This document shows positions 16,674 through 25,304 of a stretch of DNA of 64,000 nucleotides, piece after piece. The translations under genes were made by a program, and so were the position numbers. The stretch spans positions 1 through 64,000 of IMG/VR virus record IMGVR_UViG_3300031857_016701; one strand, given 5' to 3'. The DNA is from a virus (taxonomy: Duplodnaviria > Heunggongvirae > Uroviricota > Caudoviricetes). The notes under the pieces are model-generated. The model was not told the origin of the DNA. It worked only from the letters and a program-made list of their open reading frames with translations, and made no database searches. Position 1 is the stretch's first letter. Each line of letters opens with the position of its first letter.

Positions 16674-17816
16674 ATGAATAGTTACGAAGAACAATATATC
16701 AATCTACTTTCAGAAATCTACAACGGGGGCACTTATTCCAAAAATAGAACCGGAATAAACACTCGTAAAATTTGGGGGGCTCAAATTCATGTAGATTTAT
16801 TGCATGAAGGATTTCCTCTACTTACCACAAAGAAAATGCACTGGAAGAGTGTAGTGCATGAACTATTGTGGATGATTAAAGGAGATACTAACATTCAGTA
16901 TCTTCTAAAGAATGGTGTTACATTCTGGACAGAATGGCCCTATCAAAAGTATCTTAACCATTGCAAAACACTCACTGAACCCGATTATGATGTTCATATC
17001 GAGGATCTTGAAAAAAATTGTGTGCGTGAAATGACACAAAAAGAATTTGAACAAGAAATCATCAATAACGATGAATTTGCCAAAAAGTGGGGTAGCATTG
17101 GACAATATGGTTATGGTGGAATGTGGAGAAACTTTCCACATCGTATTAACCCAATTGGTCAAAATAATGGTGATCACATGATCGTCAAAGGGTGGTCTGT
17201 TGAAACCGTGGATCAACTTAAAAATGCAATTAATGAACTAAACACTAATCCAGATAGTCGCCGGATTATCATCACTGCATGGCATCCGTATCATAGTAAT
17301 AACCGAGAAGATGCTCTATTGCCAGCCTGTCACAATTATATTCAGTTTGGTACTGAAGAATTGACACTAGAAGAAAGATTTAATATTTTTTCAAATGGAT
17401 GGAATGTAGAAGAATCAAAAAATGAGTGGAATAAAAATGGATTTACAGATTATGATTCCCTTCTTACAGATCATTATATTCCAAAATATCGTTTGAATTG
17501 TTACTTTAATATGAGAAGTAATGATGTACCACTTGGTTTACCATACAACATCGCTTTTTATGCTCTATTTACTCACTTGATGGCTCATTGTTTAAATATG
17601 ATTCCAAGTCAATTAGTTTATAGTGGTGCTGATGTTCATATCTATGAAAACCAACAAGAAGGAATTGTAGAACAATTGACTAGAACTCCCGGTAAATTGC
17701 CTAAGTTAGTTCTTAAACCAGGATGTCCTACCAATTTGTTTGATATTAAGTTTGACCACATTGATATTGTGGACTATAATCCTCAATCACACATTAAAAT
17801 GCCTGTAGCAGTATGA
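16674..17816 (+). CDS. thyA: thymidylate synthase (ThyA family) carrying two large insertions (380 aa)
   Basis: RTGINTRKIWG...FPLLTTKK...HELLWMIKGDTN. Active-site LPACH Cys. RSNDVPLGLPYNIAFYAL, with Asn at the dUMP-specificity position. Confidence 0.7.
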   Translation: MNSYEEQYINLLSEIYNGGTYSKNRTGINTRKIWGAQIHVDLLHEGFPLLTTKKMHWKSVVHELLWMIKGDTNIQYLLKNGVTFWTEWPYQKYLNHCKTLTEPDYDVHIEDLEKNCVREMTQKEFEQEIINNDEFAKKWGSIGQYGYGGMWRNFPHRINPIGQNNGDHMIVKGWSVETVDQLKNAINELNTNPDSRRIIITAWHPYHSNNREDALLPACHNYIQFGTEELTLEERFNIFSNGWNVEESKNEWNKNGFTDYDSLLTDHYIPKYRLNCYFNMRSNDVPLGLPYNIAFYALFTHLMAHCLNMIPSQLVYSGADVHIYENQQEGIVEQLTRTPGKLPKLVLKPGCPTNLFDIKFDHIDIVDYNPQSHIKMPVAV

Positions 17817-17998
17817 AATACAAATATACTATAAAAATACATACAGTCATTGATTATTCAGATCTTGAAAAGATAATGAATGATTATGGAACAAAAGGAT
17901 ATCGTGTAGTCAAAGCTGAATTTGTTGGTGATGTGTTTGAAAGTGGTAGACCGATGAAAAAGTTCGTGGTATACTTGGAAAAGAAGATTAATAAATGA
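17813..17998 (+). CDS. hypothetical protein (61 aa)
   Basis: ORF. ATGA overlap with thyA. Confidence 0.3.
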   Translation: MKYKYTIKIHTVIDYSDLEKIMNDYGTKGYRVVKAEFVGDVFESGRPMKKFVVYLEKKINK

Positions 17999-18201
17999 AA
18001 ACAAATTACTACGTTATAATTTTAGATCAAAACAACAATCTATGTGTTGATTCATTAGGCGAATGTTTCAGTGAAGACGCTTCATTAACTGAAGCAAATA
18101 AGTATCGTAAGAAACATAAAGCAGATGTACTCTGGACTTGCACAGAAAGTGCATTAAAAACACTAAAAGAATCACTTAAAAAATATGATAACCAACTATA
18201 A
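17995..18201 (+). CDS. hypothetical protein (68 aa)
   Basis: ORF. Confidence 0.3.
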   Translation: MKTNYYVIILDQNNNLCVDSLGECFSEDASLTEANKYRKKHKADVLWTCTESALKTLKESLKKYDNQL

Positions 18202-18565
18202 TTTATTTCTCGATGACAACCGCATTCCAACGAATGTCACTTGGGTTAATATTCCAAAAGATCAACATTACTCTGTGGTAAGAAATTATCAAGAGTTTGT
18301 TGACTTGATTACACTTCGTGGACTTCCTAAGTTTGTAACTTATGACCATGATTTGTCAGACTGCCACTATGGTCATGGTTTGAATAACGATGATATTCCA
18401 TATGACAAGTATACAGAAAAGACTGGATATGATTGTGCTAAATGGCTTGTGGAATATTGTATGAATAAGGGTGTTAAACATCCACCATATATGGTACATT
18501 CTATGAATCCCGTGGGTAAACAAAATATTATTAGTTATGTGGAATCGTATAACAAATCTGTTTAA
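18185..18565 (+). CDS. hypothetical small Rossmann/receiver-like domain protein (126 aa)
   Basis: Conserved-looking FLDDNR ... YDHDLSD ... DCAKWLVE ... HSMNPVG pattern. Confidence 0.3.
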   Translation: MITNYNLFLDDNRIPTNVTWVNIPKDQHYSVVRNYQEFVDLITLRGLPKFVTYDHDLSDCHYGHGLNNDDIPYDKYTEKTGYDCAKWLVEYCMNKGVKHPPYMVHSMNPVGKQNIISYVESYNKSV

Positions 18566-18743
18566 AGAAATTGCTAGTGGGTGTATAGTTATCTTTTTGT
18601 TTTATTTCGCTATTGCAAGTGTTGTCTTTGCACTTAGACATCCTTGGGCTACTAGAACAGAGCAAATGATTCATATTGGTGACGCTTTAATGTTTAATAA
18701 GGTATCTTACAAAGAAATGAGAGGTATGTATGAAGAGCGCTGA
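18537..18743 (+). CDS. hypothetical small membrane protein
   Basis: IVIFLFYFAIASVVFAL hydrophobic segment. Confidence 0.3.
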   Translation: MWNRITNLFKEIASGCIVIFLFYFAIASVVFALRHPWATRTEQMIHIGDALMFNKVSYKEMRGMYEER

Positions 18744-18924
18744 TAATGTAGTTGAATTAACCGAATCAGATATCAAAAAGTATACCAAGTTAAAAGAGGG
18801 TACTAAGATTGAAGTGGATGATTTGGTTCATGTATATGACAATACTTATGCAAAACTAAGTAAAGGCAGTCGTGTTTGCAAAGAAAGTGTGAGTAAGTTT
18901 AATACTATTTTGAGAAAAAAATGA
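18730..18924 (+). CDS. hypothetical protein (64 aa)
   Basis: ORF. Confidence 0.25.
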   Translation: MKSADNVVELTESDIKKYTKLKEGTKIEVDDLVHVYDNTYAKLSKGSRVCKESVSKFNTILRKK

Positions 18925-19262
18925 CCAAGTTATTATTAGGAGTAACAATACTAATTACAGTCTATGTAATTGGATGGCACCAATTATATGGTCAGTTTAT
19001 TCATAACTTTTATAAGAAGTATGAACTGTGGTTGATATGGTTGAGTGTACCTACTACATGGTTAACAATTTATGCAACTAGATTGTTAACTGAATATTTT
19101 GACGGTAAAATGTGGCCAAATAGAATATTCACATTTAGTATTGGTATTATCATGTTTACTATATTAACTACTATTTATTTCAATGAACGATTAAGTGTTA
19201 AAACTTTGACTTTAATCGGACTGTGTGGGTTAATAGTAACACTACAAGTTTTATGGAAATAA
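18921..19262 (+). CDS. hypothetical polytopic membrane protein (113 aa)
   Basis: 3-4 predicted TM helices. Confidence 0.35.
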   Translation: MTKLLLGVTILITVYVIGWHQLYGQFIHNFYKKYELWLIWLSVPTTWLTIYATRLLTEYFDGKMWPNRIFTFSIGIIMFTILTTIYFNERLSVKTLTLIGLCGLIVTLQVLWK

Positions 19263-19265
19263 ATT

Positions 19266-19442
19266 ATGAATAATAATATTGAAAAACTATCTAACGGTGA
19301 CTTTAAAGTTAGTGAAATGGATGAATGTATTGTCTGTGGAGTAGAAACAAATGAACCCAAAGATAAACACATTGATTATAGATATAATTATGTAGAAGGA
19401 GCTGGTCAACTTTGCAGTAAATGTGCTGAAAAATATGAATGA
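19266..19442 (+). CDS. small zinc-ribbon protein (58 aa). Not in the ORF track.
   Basis: MNNNIEKLSNGDFKVSEMDECIVCGVETNEPKDKHIDYRYNYVEGAGQLCSKCAEKYE with CxxC...CxxC. Fills a 160 nt gap. Its stop overlaps the next ATG (ATGAATGA). Confidence 0.35.
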   Translation: MNNNIEKLSNGDFKVSEMDECIVCGVETNEPKDKHIDYRYNYVEGAGQLCSKCAEKYE

Positions 19443-19836
19443 ACTAACAAAACCAAATGCTTTTGCGTTTAAAGCAAGAGTAGGAGAATCACAAGAAATT
19501 CAATTATGTATCTGTATTCGTGAAAACGATAAATGGATGGAAAATGAAATATTTTCTGTACCAGAAGGTCATCCAGAATTAAGTCCATATATTGATGAAC
19601 AATTATTTAACATCGTATTCATCGGATATGAACGAGACGAAAATAAAGAAGGATTTTGGATTAGTAATCAAAATTCATATTATATGAAGAGTGATACAAT
19701 CTTAACAGAAGATTTATTTAATAACGGAGAATTTTTTAAAACAGTAGAGAAAGGATATCAATCATTTTATGAGCAATCAATCACATCAGAACGGGAAGGG
19801 GAGCAAACCTCGACCAGTGAACAAGAAAAACTATAA
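19435..19836 (+). CDS. hypothetical protein (start moved to the ATG; the track start at 19423 is GTG)
   Basis: ORF. Confidence 0.3.
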   Translation: MNELTKPNAFAFKARVGESQEIQLCICIRENDKWMENEIFSVPEGHPELSPYIDEQLFNIVFIGYERDENKEGFWISNQNSYYMKSDTILTEDLFNNGEFFKTVEKGYQSFYEQSITSEREGEQTSTSEQEKL

Positions 19837-19893
19837 TTCCAATTACGATAAAATTAATTGGGGAGATAAAAATAAGTCCAAATCCACCGAAAA

Positions 19894-20139
19894 GTGAAAA
19901 AGTTAATTCTAACCAAACTTGAATATGATTTTCTAACCGAATGTTTAGAAAAATTGGAGAAACATACAGATGATTCACCAGCAGATTCAAAATGGTTAGA
20001 AAAAATGGAACAAACTCGTAGACTTTATGAATTGGAGATGGATCATTTTAATATCAAAAAATACGGTGAACCATCTACCAAATATCAAATGGTCAAATGG
20101 ATACTAACAAAAGTTAAGACCAAATCACTTGACTTTTAA
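19894..20139 (+). CDS. hypothetical protein (81 aa)
   Basis: ORF. Confidence 0.3.
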   Translation: MKKLILTKLEYDFLTECLEKLEKHTDDSPADSKWLEKMEQTRRLYELEMDHFNIKKYGEPSTKYQMVKWILTKVKTKSLDF

Positions 20140-20155
20140 AATAATCCTGTTATAC
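20128..20155 (+). promoter_or_regulatory. sigma70-like promoter (TTGACT-16-TATACT)
   Basis: Good hexamers 8 nt upstream of the ATG at 20163. Confidence 0.5.
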
Positions 20156-20162
20156 TGTCAAT

Positions 20163-20942
20163 ATGCTAAAGTTTAGTTCAAATAAACAAAAAATTGTAAT
20201 TGTTGCTGATCCTCACAATCATTACACAAAGTTGGATACTATCCTCAAGAAAGAGGACGGTGATATAAACATTTGTTTGGGTGATTGGTTTGATAGTTTC
20301 AATTTGGATGATGTTTCTGACTATATTGCTACAGCCAAATATCTAAGAGATATATTTCTTCCCAACCCAAAGAACTATACTCTATTTGGTAATCACGATA
20401 TACATTATTTGTTTAATGCTCCTATATCTTGGTGTAGTGGTTATGAACAATGGAAGTATGATGCAATTGATAAAGTCATTGGCAAAGTCAGAGGAGATAT
20501 ACAAGAAAAGTTTAATTGGTTAATTGCTGTTGACGATATTCTATTAACCCATGCTGGATTGGATAGACGATTGTTACCTCCAATTTGTGCCACTAATGAA
20601 ATTATCTTCAAGTATCTGGATGAAAATGACAATGATGCTAGAACCAAACTAAAGATCAATGAACCACATTGGTTTTATGGTGCTGGTCGTGCAAGAGGTG
20701 GTAGAAACAAGTGTGGTGGTATTGTTTGGTGTGATTTTAATGAAGAGTTTCAACCTATTGATGAGTTGAGACAAATTGTAGGTCATACAAATCAATGGCG
20801 AACTGGTAAAGCCGCACAATATCATAGAGAAGGATTTACAAATATTACCGAAGCAAATAACATTTGTATTGATTGTAATCTTAGTCAGTATATTACTATT
20901 ACAAATGGTAAGATGGAGTTAAAGAACTATAGTGACCTATAA
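20163..20942 (+). CDS. calcineurin-like metallophosphoesterase
   Basis: DPHNH, LGDWFD, GNHD, LTHAG and VGHT metal-ligand motifs in canonical order. Confidence 0.65.
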   Translation: MLKFSSNKQKIVIVADPHNHYTKLDTILKKEDGDINICLGDWFDSFNLDDVSDYIATAKYLRDIFLPNPKNYTLFGNHDIHYLFNAPISWCSGYEQWKYDAIDKVIGKVRGDIQEKFNWLIAVDDILLTHAGLDRRLLPPICATNEIIFKYLDENDNDARTKLKINEPHWFYGAGRARGGRNKCGGIVWCDFNEEFQPIDELRQIVGHTNQWRTGKAAQYHREGFTNITEANNICIDCNLSQYITITNGKMELKNYSDL

Positions 20943-20963
20943 TCAATTGTAACGATATTCTGT

Positions 20964-20998
20964 GGGGTGTAACGATTAAGTTACACCCCTTTTCTTTT
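20964..20998 (+). terminator. rho-independent terminator
   Basis: GGGGTGTAAC-gattaa-GTTACACCCC followed by TTTTCTTTT. Confidence 0.8.
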
Positions 20999-21024
20999 GC
21001 ATTTAGTATGATATTTTATTTACT

Positions 21025-21219
21025 ATGGAAGATATCACTGTATCATGTAATTATTGTAATACTCCTGCTAAAATAAAAAGAGACAAGATTTACATGCAAT
21101 GTCATTGTGATGATGACCGTCGTATCATTGATATTCGTGAATATCTTATAGAAGATAAACATCATGATTATCTATATAGCATGTTTAATGATGAATATGA
21201 GTATGTAAATGCAAAATAG
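21025..21219 (+). CDS. hypothetical zinc-ribbon protein (64 aa)
   Basis: CNYCNTPAKIKRDKIYMQCHC. Confidence 0.3.
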   Translation: MEDITVSCNYCNTPAKIKRDKIYMQCHCDDDRRIIDIREYLIEDKHHDYLYSMFNDEYEYVNAK

Positions 21220-21228
21220 TGGGGGGTG

Positions 21229-21238
21229 GGGGTACCCC
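21229..21238. terminator. short GC palindrome (GGGGTACCCC) between convergent genes. Possible bidirectional terminator.
   Basis: Perfect 10 nt palindrome in a G-rich run. Weak U-tract. Confidence 0.25.
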
Positions 21239-21246
21239 TAAAATAA

Positions 21247-22023
21247 TTATTTTAAATTTAGACATTTAAATCCACGATATAATTTTATATGTCCATTTAT
21301 TAATTGTGATAAACATTTTTTATTTAAATTATAATTTTTTCTTAAATTATACATAGTATCTTTTATAATATCTTTTGTATTTTGATTTTCTAAAATATAT
21401 ATTGTTTTATCATAAGATGAATTTTTTGATCCTCTTCTTTGTTTACTGAATAATTCTTTTGTTTCATTTGAATGTTTTTTACCAAAATTAGGTGCATTTT
21501 TACCTATCATTTCCATTCTTTTATTTTTTAATTTTTGTTTATGGTTTTTACTTAATTTTTTGCCTTTATGTAATTTTGAAATTTTTTCTTTCATTTCAAT
21601 TGTCCAATCCACTCTTCCGGCCAAAAATGTTTTATTATAACATAAATTTTTATTTAATTTAGCTATATTTAAATAATTTTGTTCTGTTTTTAATAGATCA
21701 GATTCTTTACAATATTGGATAATAATCCATTCAAAATTATCTTCACCATATTTATTCCACGCATTTTGAAGATGTAAATTGTGGTGTATATTTTTGTTTA
21801 AATAATATTTATGTTTATACCATCTTCCATAATTACCGTTGATGTTTTTAGAACTGCCAATATAATATTTCCCATCAATTTTACTAATTATTTTATAAAT
21901 TCCTATAGATTTTATTATATCGTTCTCTTGCTTTAAATCTTTCTTTTTCCACATTTTTCCAATAAGATTGCATTCTATATTTTCTATATCGGTTGAGTTT
22001 TTGATCTTTAGTTTCATTTTCAT
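21247..22023 (-). CDS. GIY-YIG homing endonuclease (I-TevI/Seg-like)
   Basis: GIYKIISKIDGKYYIGSS ... NIHHNLHLQNAWNKYGEDNF GIY-YIG core. Lys-rich C-terminal DNA-binding region. Extremely AT-rich gene. Confidence 0.7.
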   Translation of the reverse strand: MKMKLKIKNSTDIENIECNLIGKMWKKKDLKQENDIIKSIGIYKIISKIDGKYYIGSSKNINGNYGRWYKHKYYLNKNIHHNLHLQNAWNKYGEDNFEWIIIQYCKESDLLKTEQNYLNIAKLNKNLCYNKTFLAGRVDWTIEMKEKISKLHKGKKLSKNHKQKLKNKRMEMIGKNAPNFGKKHSNETKELFSKQRRGSKNSSYDKTIYILENQNTKDIIKDTMYNLRKNYNLNKKCLSQLINGHIKLYRGFKCLNLK

Positions 22024-22087
22024 ATATTTTTTTTCTCCCCATAAAAATAAATATTACAAAAATATTACAAAGTATATATATATCTAT

Positions 22088-22402
22088 ATGGAAGGGTATA
22101 TATACATAATAACAAATAAATCATTCCCAGGTTGGGTAAAAATTGGCGTTACTGAAGACATAAAATCAAGGTTGCGTACATATCAAACAAGTAGTCCATT
22201 AAGAAACTACAAAATAGAGTATTATATACATCATCCAGATTGTTATGGTGCTGAAAAAGACATACACGAACAAATGAGATATTTTGCAACCAACATTAAA
22301 AATGAATGGTTTGAAATTGGTAGTTTACAGATGGTAATTGATAGAATAGATGAAAGTCTACAACCAAAAGAAAAAATTTCTCTTGACCTTTATAAAAAAT
22401 AG
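22088..22402 (+). CDS. T5orf172 / GIY-YIG-like (MUG113) domain protein
   Basis: GYIYIITNKSFPGWVKIGVTEDIKSRLRTYQT. Start trimmed from 21968 to the Met preceding the domain. Confidence 0.5.
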   Translation: MEGYIYIITNKSFPGWVKIGVTEDIKSRLRTYQTSSPLRNYKIEYYIHHPDCYGAEKDIHEQMRYFATNIKNEWFEIGSLQMVIDRIDESLQPKEKISLDLYKK

Positions 22403-22428
22403 ACTATACTTATTTTGTAAGGTGAGTT

Positions 22429-23070
22429 ATGAATACTGTTGCGAATAAATTAATCTGTTTAAATCTAAATGCTAGTTGGCAACCTGTAGGGTTTAAGACC
22501 GTTAAAGATGCTATTGTGGATCTTTGTGGTTCTGAATCTAATGGTAAACCGTCTACAATGGCATTGGATATTGAATATGAATTGGATGAAAATGGACAAC
22601 CCATCTTTGATGAAGCAAAGAGTATGAATCCAGTTTCATGGGATGAATGGATGATGTTGCCTATTAGACCGTGGGATTTGGCTATAAATAGTCCTACTAG
22701 AAGCATTAGGGTTCCAACTGTTATCATCGCTACAAATTTCAACAAGATGCCTATTAAGTCATTTAAAGGAAAGCCTAGCAAAGATGGTATTTGGAATAGA
22801 GATCAAGGCATTTGTCAATATACTGGTAAGAAGTTGTCAAAAGATCAATCTACTATTGACCATGTAATTCCTCGTAGTAAAGGTGGTGGAGACACTTGGA
22901 CTAATATGGTTGTATGTGACAAAACTCTTAATAGTAAAAAAGGCAATAAACTAAACAGTGAAATGGGGTTGAAGTTAAGAAAAGATCCAATTGAACCAAA
23001 TCCAATGCCAGTGTCTGCTTTGATTAGAGAAGCAAAACATCACACTTGGAAACATTTTTTAACTATTTAA
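22429..23070 (+). CDS. HNH endonuclease
   Basis: DHVIPRSKGGGDTWTNMVVCDKTLNSKKGNK HNH motif. Confidence 0.7.
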   Translation: MNTVANKLICLNLNASWQPVGFKTVKDAIVDLCGSESNGKPSTMALDIEYELDENGQPIFDEAKSMNPVSWDEWMMLPIRPWDLAINSPTRSIRVPTVIIATNFNKMPIKSFKGKPSKDGIWNRDQGICQYTGKKLSKDQSTIDHVIPRSKGGGDTWTNMVVCDKTLNSKKGNKLNSEMGLKLRKDPIEPNPMPVSALIREAKHHTWKHFLTI

Positions 23071-23090
23071 TAAAAAAATTGTAACGAAAA

Positions 23091-23125
23091 CTTCTGATGA
23101 CATACTTATTCATCAGAAGTTTTTT
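23091..23125 (+). terminator. rho-independent terminator
   Basis: CTTCTGATGA-9 nt loop-TCATCAGAAG followed by TTTTTT. Confidence 0.75.
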
Positions 23126-23269
23126 ATGCGTAAAAGTAAAGTTGATAAAATCAGATTGCTGAATGAAGAACATGACTTGGAAGTCACAAGTGATATTATC
23201 AACGCATATAAAAACAACACCACCAGAAAAAGAGTTACAAAAAAAGGATTAGAAAAGTATTATAACAAT

Positions 23270-23716
23270 CTAATCCAATTTATGAACAGTAGATTTATTT
23301 GACATATCTTTAATAGATACATAACCTTTTTTCTTTTTGTAATCTTCTAAAGCTGCACTTAAGGCTTCATGTGCGAGTACACTGCAATGAATTTTCACTG
23401 GAGGCAATCCACCTAAAGCATTTACGATATCATCATTGCTAAAACATCTTTCCAATTCATCAATTGATTTACCCTTGATTAGTTCAGTAGCCATAGATGA
23501 AGCAGCAATTGCACTACCACAACCAAAAGTCTTAAATCTAGCATCCATTACAGTTCCAGTAATATCATCAATTTTAAGACTAATTTTCATTATATCACCA
23601 CATGCTGCAGCACCAACTTCACCAACTGCATCTGCATCTTTTATATCACCCATATTACGTGGGTTCATAAAATGATCCATTACCGTTTTATTATATAGTG
23701 TATAAGATTCACTCAT
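23270..23716 (-). CDS. iscU: IscU/NifU-type Fe-S cluster assembly scaffold
   Basis: NPRNMG, GAAACGD, FKTFGCGSAIASS and HC motifs (three conserved Cys plus LPPVK). Confidence 0.8.
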   Translation of the reverse strand: MSESYTLYNKTVMDHFMNPRNMGDIKDADAVGEVGAAACGDIMKISLKIDDITGTVMDARFKTFGCGSAIAASSMATELIKGKSIDELERCFSNDDIVNALGGLPPVKIHCSVLAHEALSAALEDYKKKKGYVSIKDMSNKSTVHKLD

Positions 23717-24879
23717 AGTCCGATTTGTTTAAGATCGTTTTTGACCATTTTATCAACAAGTTGTTCAAATGAAGTTTCTGGTTTCCATCCCAGTTCTTTT
23801 CTAGCTTTGGTGCTATCACCTAGTAATAGGTCTACTTCAGCAGGTCTATAAAACTTAGGATTGATTTTAACCAAGACAGAAACTAATGGATCATATTTGA
23901 TAGCATCTTTTGTGGTAATACTAAACTCCATAGATTCAGCCTCTCCATGCCATCCACCATCAATATCAGCGGCTTTAAATGCATACCATACAAATTCCGC
24001 AATAGTATGTGTTTCATTACTGGAAAGTACATATTCTTCAATTTGCATGTTACTATCCATGTCAACTCTACATTTTTCTTGATTCATCATCAACCAAATG
24101 CCTTTGACAAAATCTTCAGCATCACTCCAATCTCTTCTAGCTTTTACATTTCCCAATTCAATTGGTTGAAATGATTTACCTTCAAGTATAGCTTTTTTGA
24201 TTCTAGCTACCCCTTTTGTAATTTTACGAGTAACAAATTCTTCTCCTCTTCTAGTGCCTTCGTGATTAAATAACAATCCTTGAATTGCATATAAATGATA
24301 CGATTCTCTATATACTTTTACCAATTGTCTAGCTGCAGATTTACTTGCTCCATATGGACTACGAGGTCTTGCAGGATGATTTTCATCTTGTGGTGTATAA
24401 ACAACATTGCCATATTCTTCACTACTACCTGCGTTATAAAATCTACATGATGGTTTGTGTTGACGAATTGCTTCAAGAATATGAATTACTCCAGTTGTAT
24501 TACATTCCCATGTTTGTGATGGAAAATCCCAACTACTACCAACGAATGTTTGAGCTGCCAAATTAATAAAATAATCTGGTTTCAATGATTCTACGATCTT
24601 ACTAATACTATGCGCATCACTTAAATCAAAATTTACCAAATGAAATCTTGGATTATTTTCTAAATGTCCAATGTTTTCATGATTTTTAATGCTTAATCGT
24701 CTGGCACCACCAAAAATTAAATAATCAGTAGTTTTAAGAAGAAAATCAACCATATGACTTCCATCTTGTCCAGTTACACCAGTAACAAATACAACTTTAT
24801 TATTACCGATTATATTTTTTGCATCATTGATATTCAATATTTCCATAGTAACCTCTTCATTTTTTGTAGTAAAAACCAT
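23713..24879 (-). CDS. gmd: GDP-mannose 4,6-dehydratase
   Basis: VTGVTGQDGSHMVDFLL Rossmann motif. YGASKSAAR (YxxxK). About 388 aa, colinear with Gmd. Confidence 0.8.
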   Translation of the reverse strand: MVFTTKNEEVTMEILNINDAKNIIGNNKVVFVTGVTGQDGSHMVDFLLKTTDYLIFGGARRLSIKNHENIGHLENNPRFHLVNFDLSDAHSISKIVESLKPDYFINLAAQTFVGSSWDFPSQTWECNTTGVIHILEAIRQHKPSCRFYNAGSSEEYGNVVYTPQDENHPARPRSPYGASKSAARQLVKVYRESYHLYAIQGLLFNHEGTRRGEEFVTRKITKGVARIKKAILEGKSFQPIELGNVKARRDWSDAEDFVKGIWLMMNQEKCRVDMDSNMQIEEYVLSSNETHTIAEFVWYAFKAADIDGGWHGEAESMEFSITTKDAIKYDPLVSVLVKINPKFYRPAEVDLLLGDSTKARKELGWKPETSFEQLVDKMVKNDLKQIGL

Positions 24880-24905
24880 ATTAAAAATAACATAATTGTT
24901 AGTAT

Positions 24906-25304
24906 ATGTATATATATGAATATATGGTTACAAAAGAAATTATATTGGATATATTAAATGATAAAGACAATTTTGTCAATATAGTAAAAGAATTTCCTGG
25001 TTTATATTCATCGTGTGTAACTATAAAACAAAATGTATCCAAAGAAAATGTTGATATAGCTATGAATAAAATACTGGCTTTTATAGATAAAAATGAAAAG
25101 TTCAAGAACTTAATTCAAAGTTTAATACCAAAAATAAAAGAAAAAGAAACCGAAAAGAATAGTGTATCAGGTCTTGTTCTTGAAATAGATAAAAACGATG
25201 AAAGTTATTCTAAACTAATAGAAAAATCCAAGAAAGAAAAATGGAATTACAAAGGACTTACTATTGTTGATGGATATGATAAATTGAAAGTATATTTTTA
25301 TTAA
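24906..25304 (+). CDS. hypothetical protein (132 aa)
   Basis: ORF. Confidence 0.3.
   Translation: MYIYEYMVTKEIILDILNDKDNFVNIVKEFPGLYSSCVTIKQNVSKENVDIAMNKILAFIDKNEKFKNLIQSLIPKIKEKETEKNSVSGLVLEIDKNDESYSKLIEKSKKEKWNYKGLTIVDGYDKLKVYFY

Larger units (their letters stand above)
21247..23070. mobile_element. cluster of three free-standing homing-endonuclease-type genes (GIY-YIG, T5orf172, HNH)
   Basis: Three nuclease families typical of phage mobile elements lie adjacent, bracketed by terminators. Confidence 0.45.

Noticed and set aside
21968-22087. Upstream extension of the T5orf172 gene as given in the ORF track (start at 21968)
   Set aside because: The extension is hydrophobic low-complexity sequence that overlaps the GIY-YIG gene on the opposite strand. 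The conserved domain begins right after an internal Met at 22088, which is taken as the real start.
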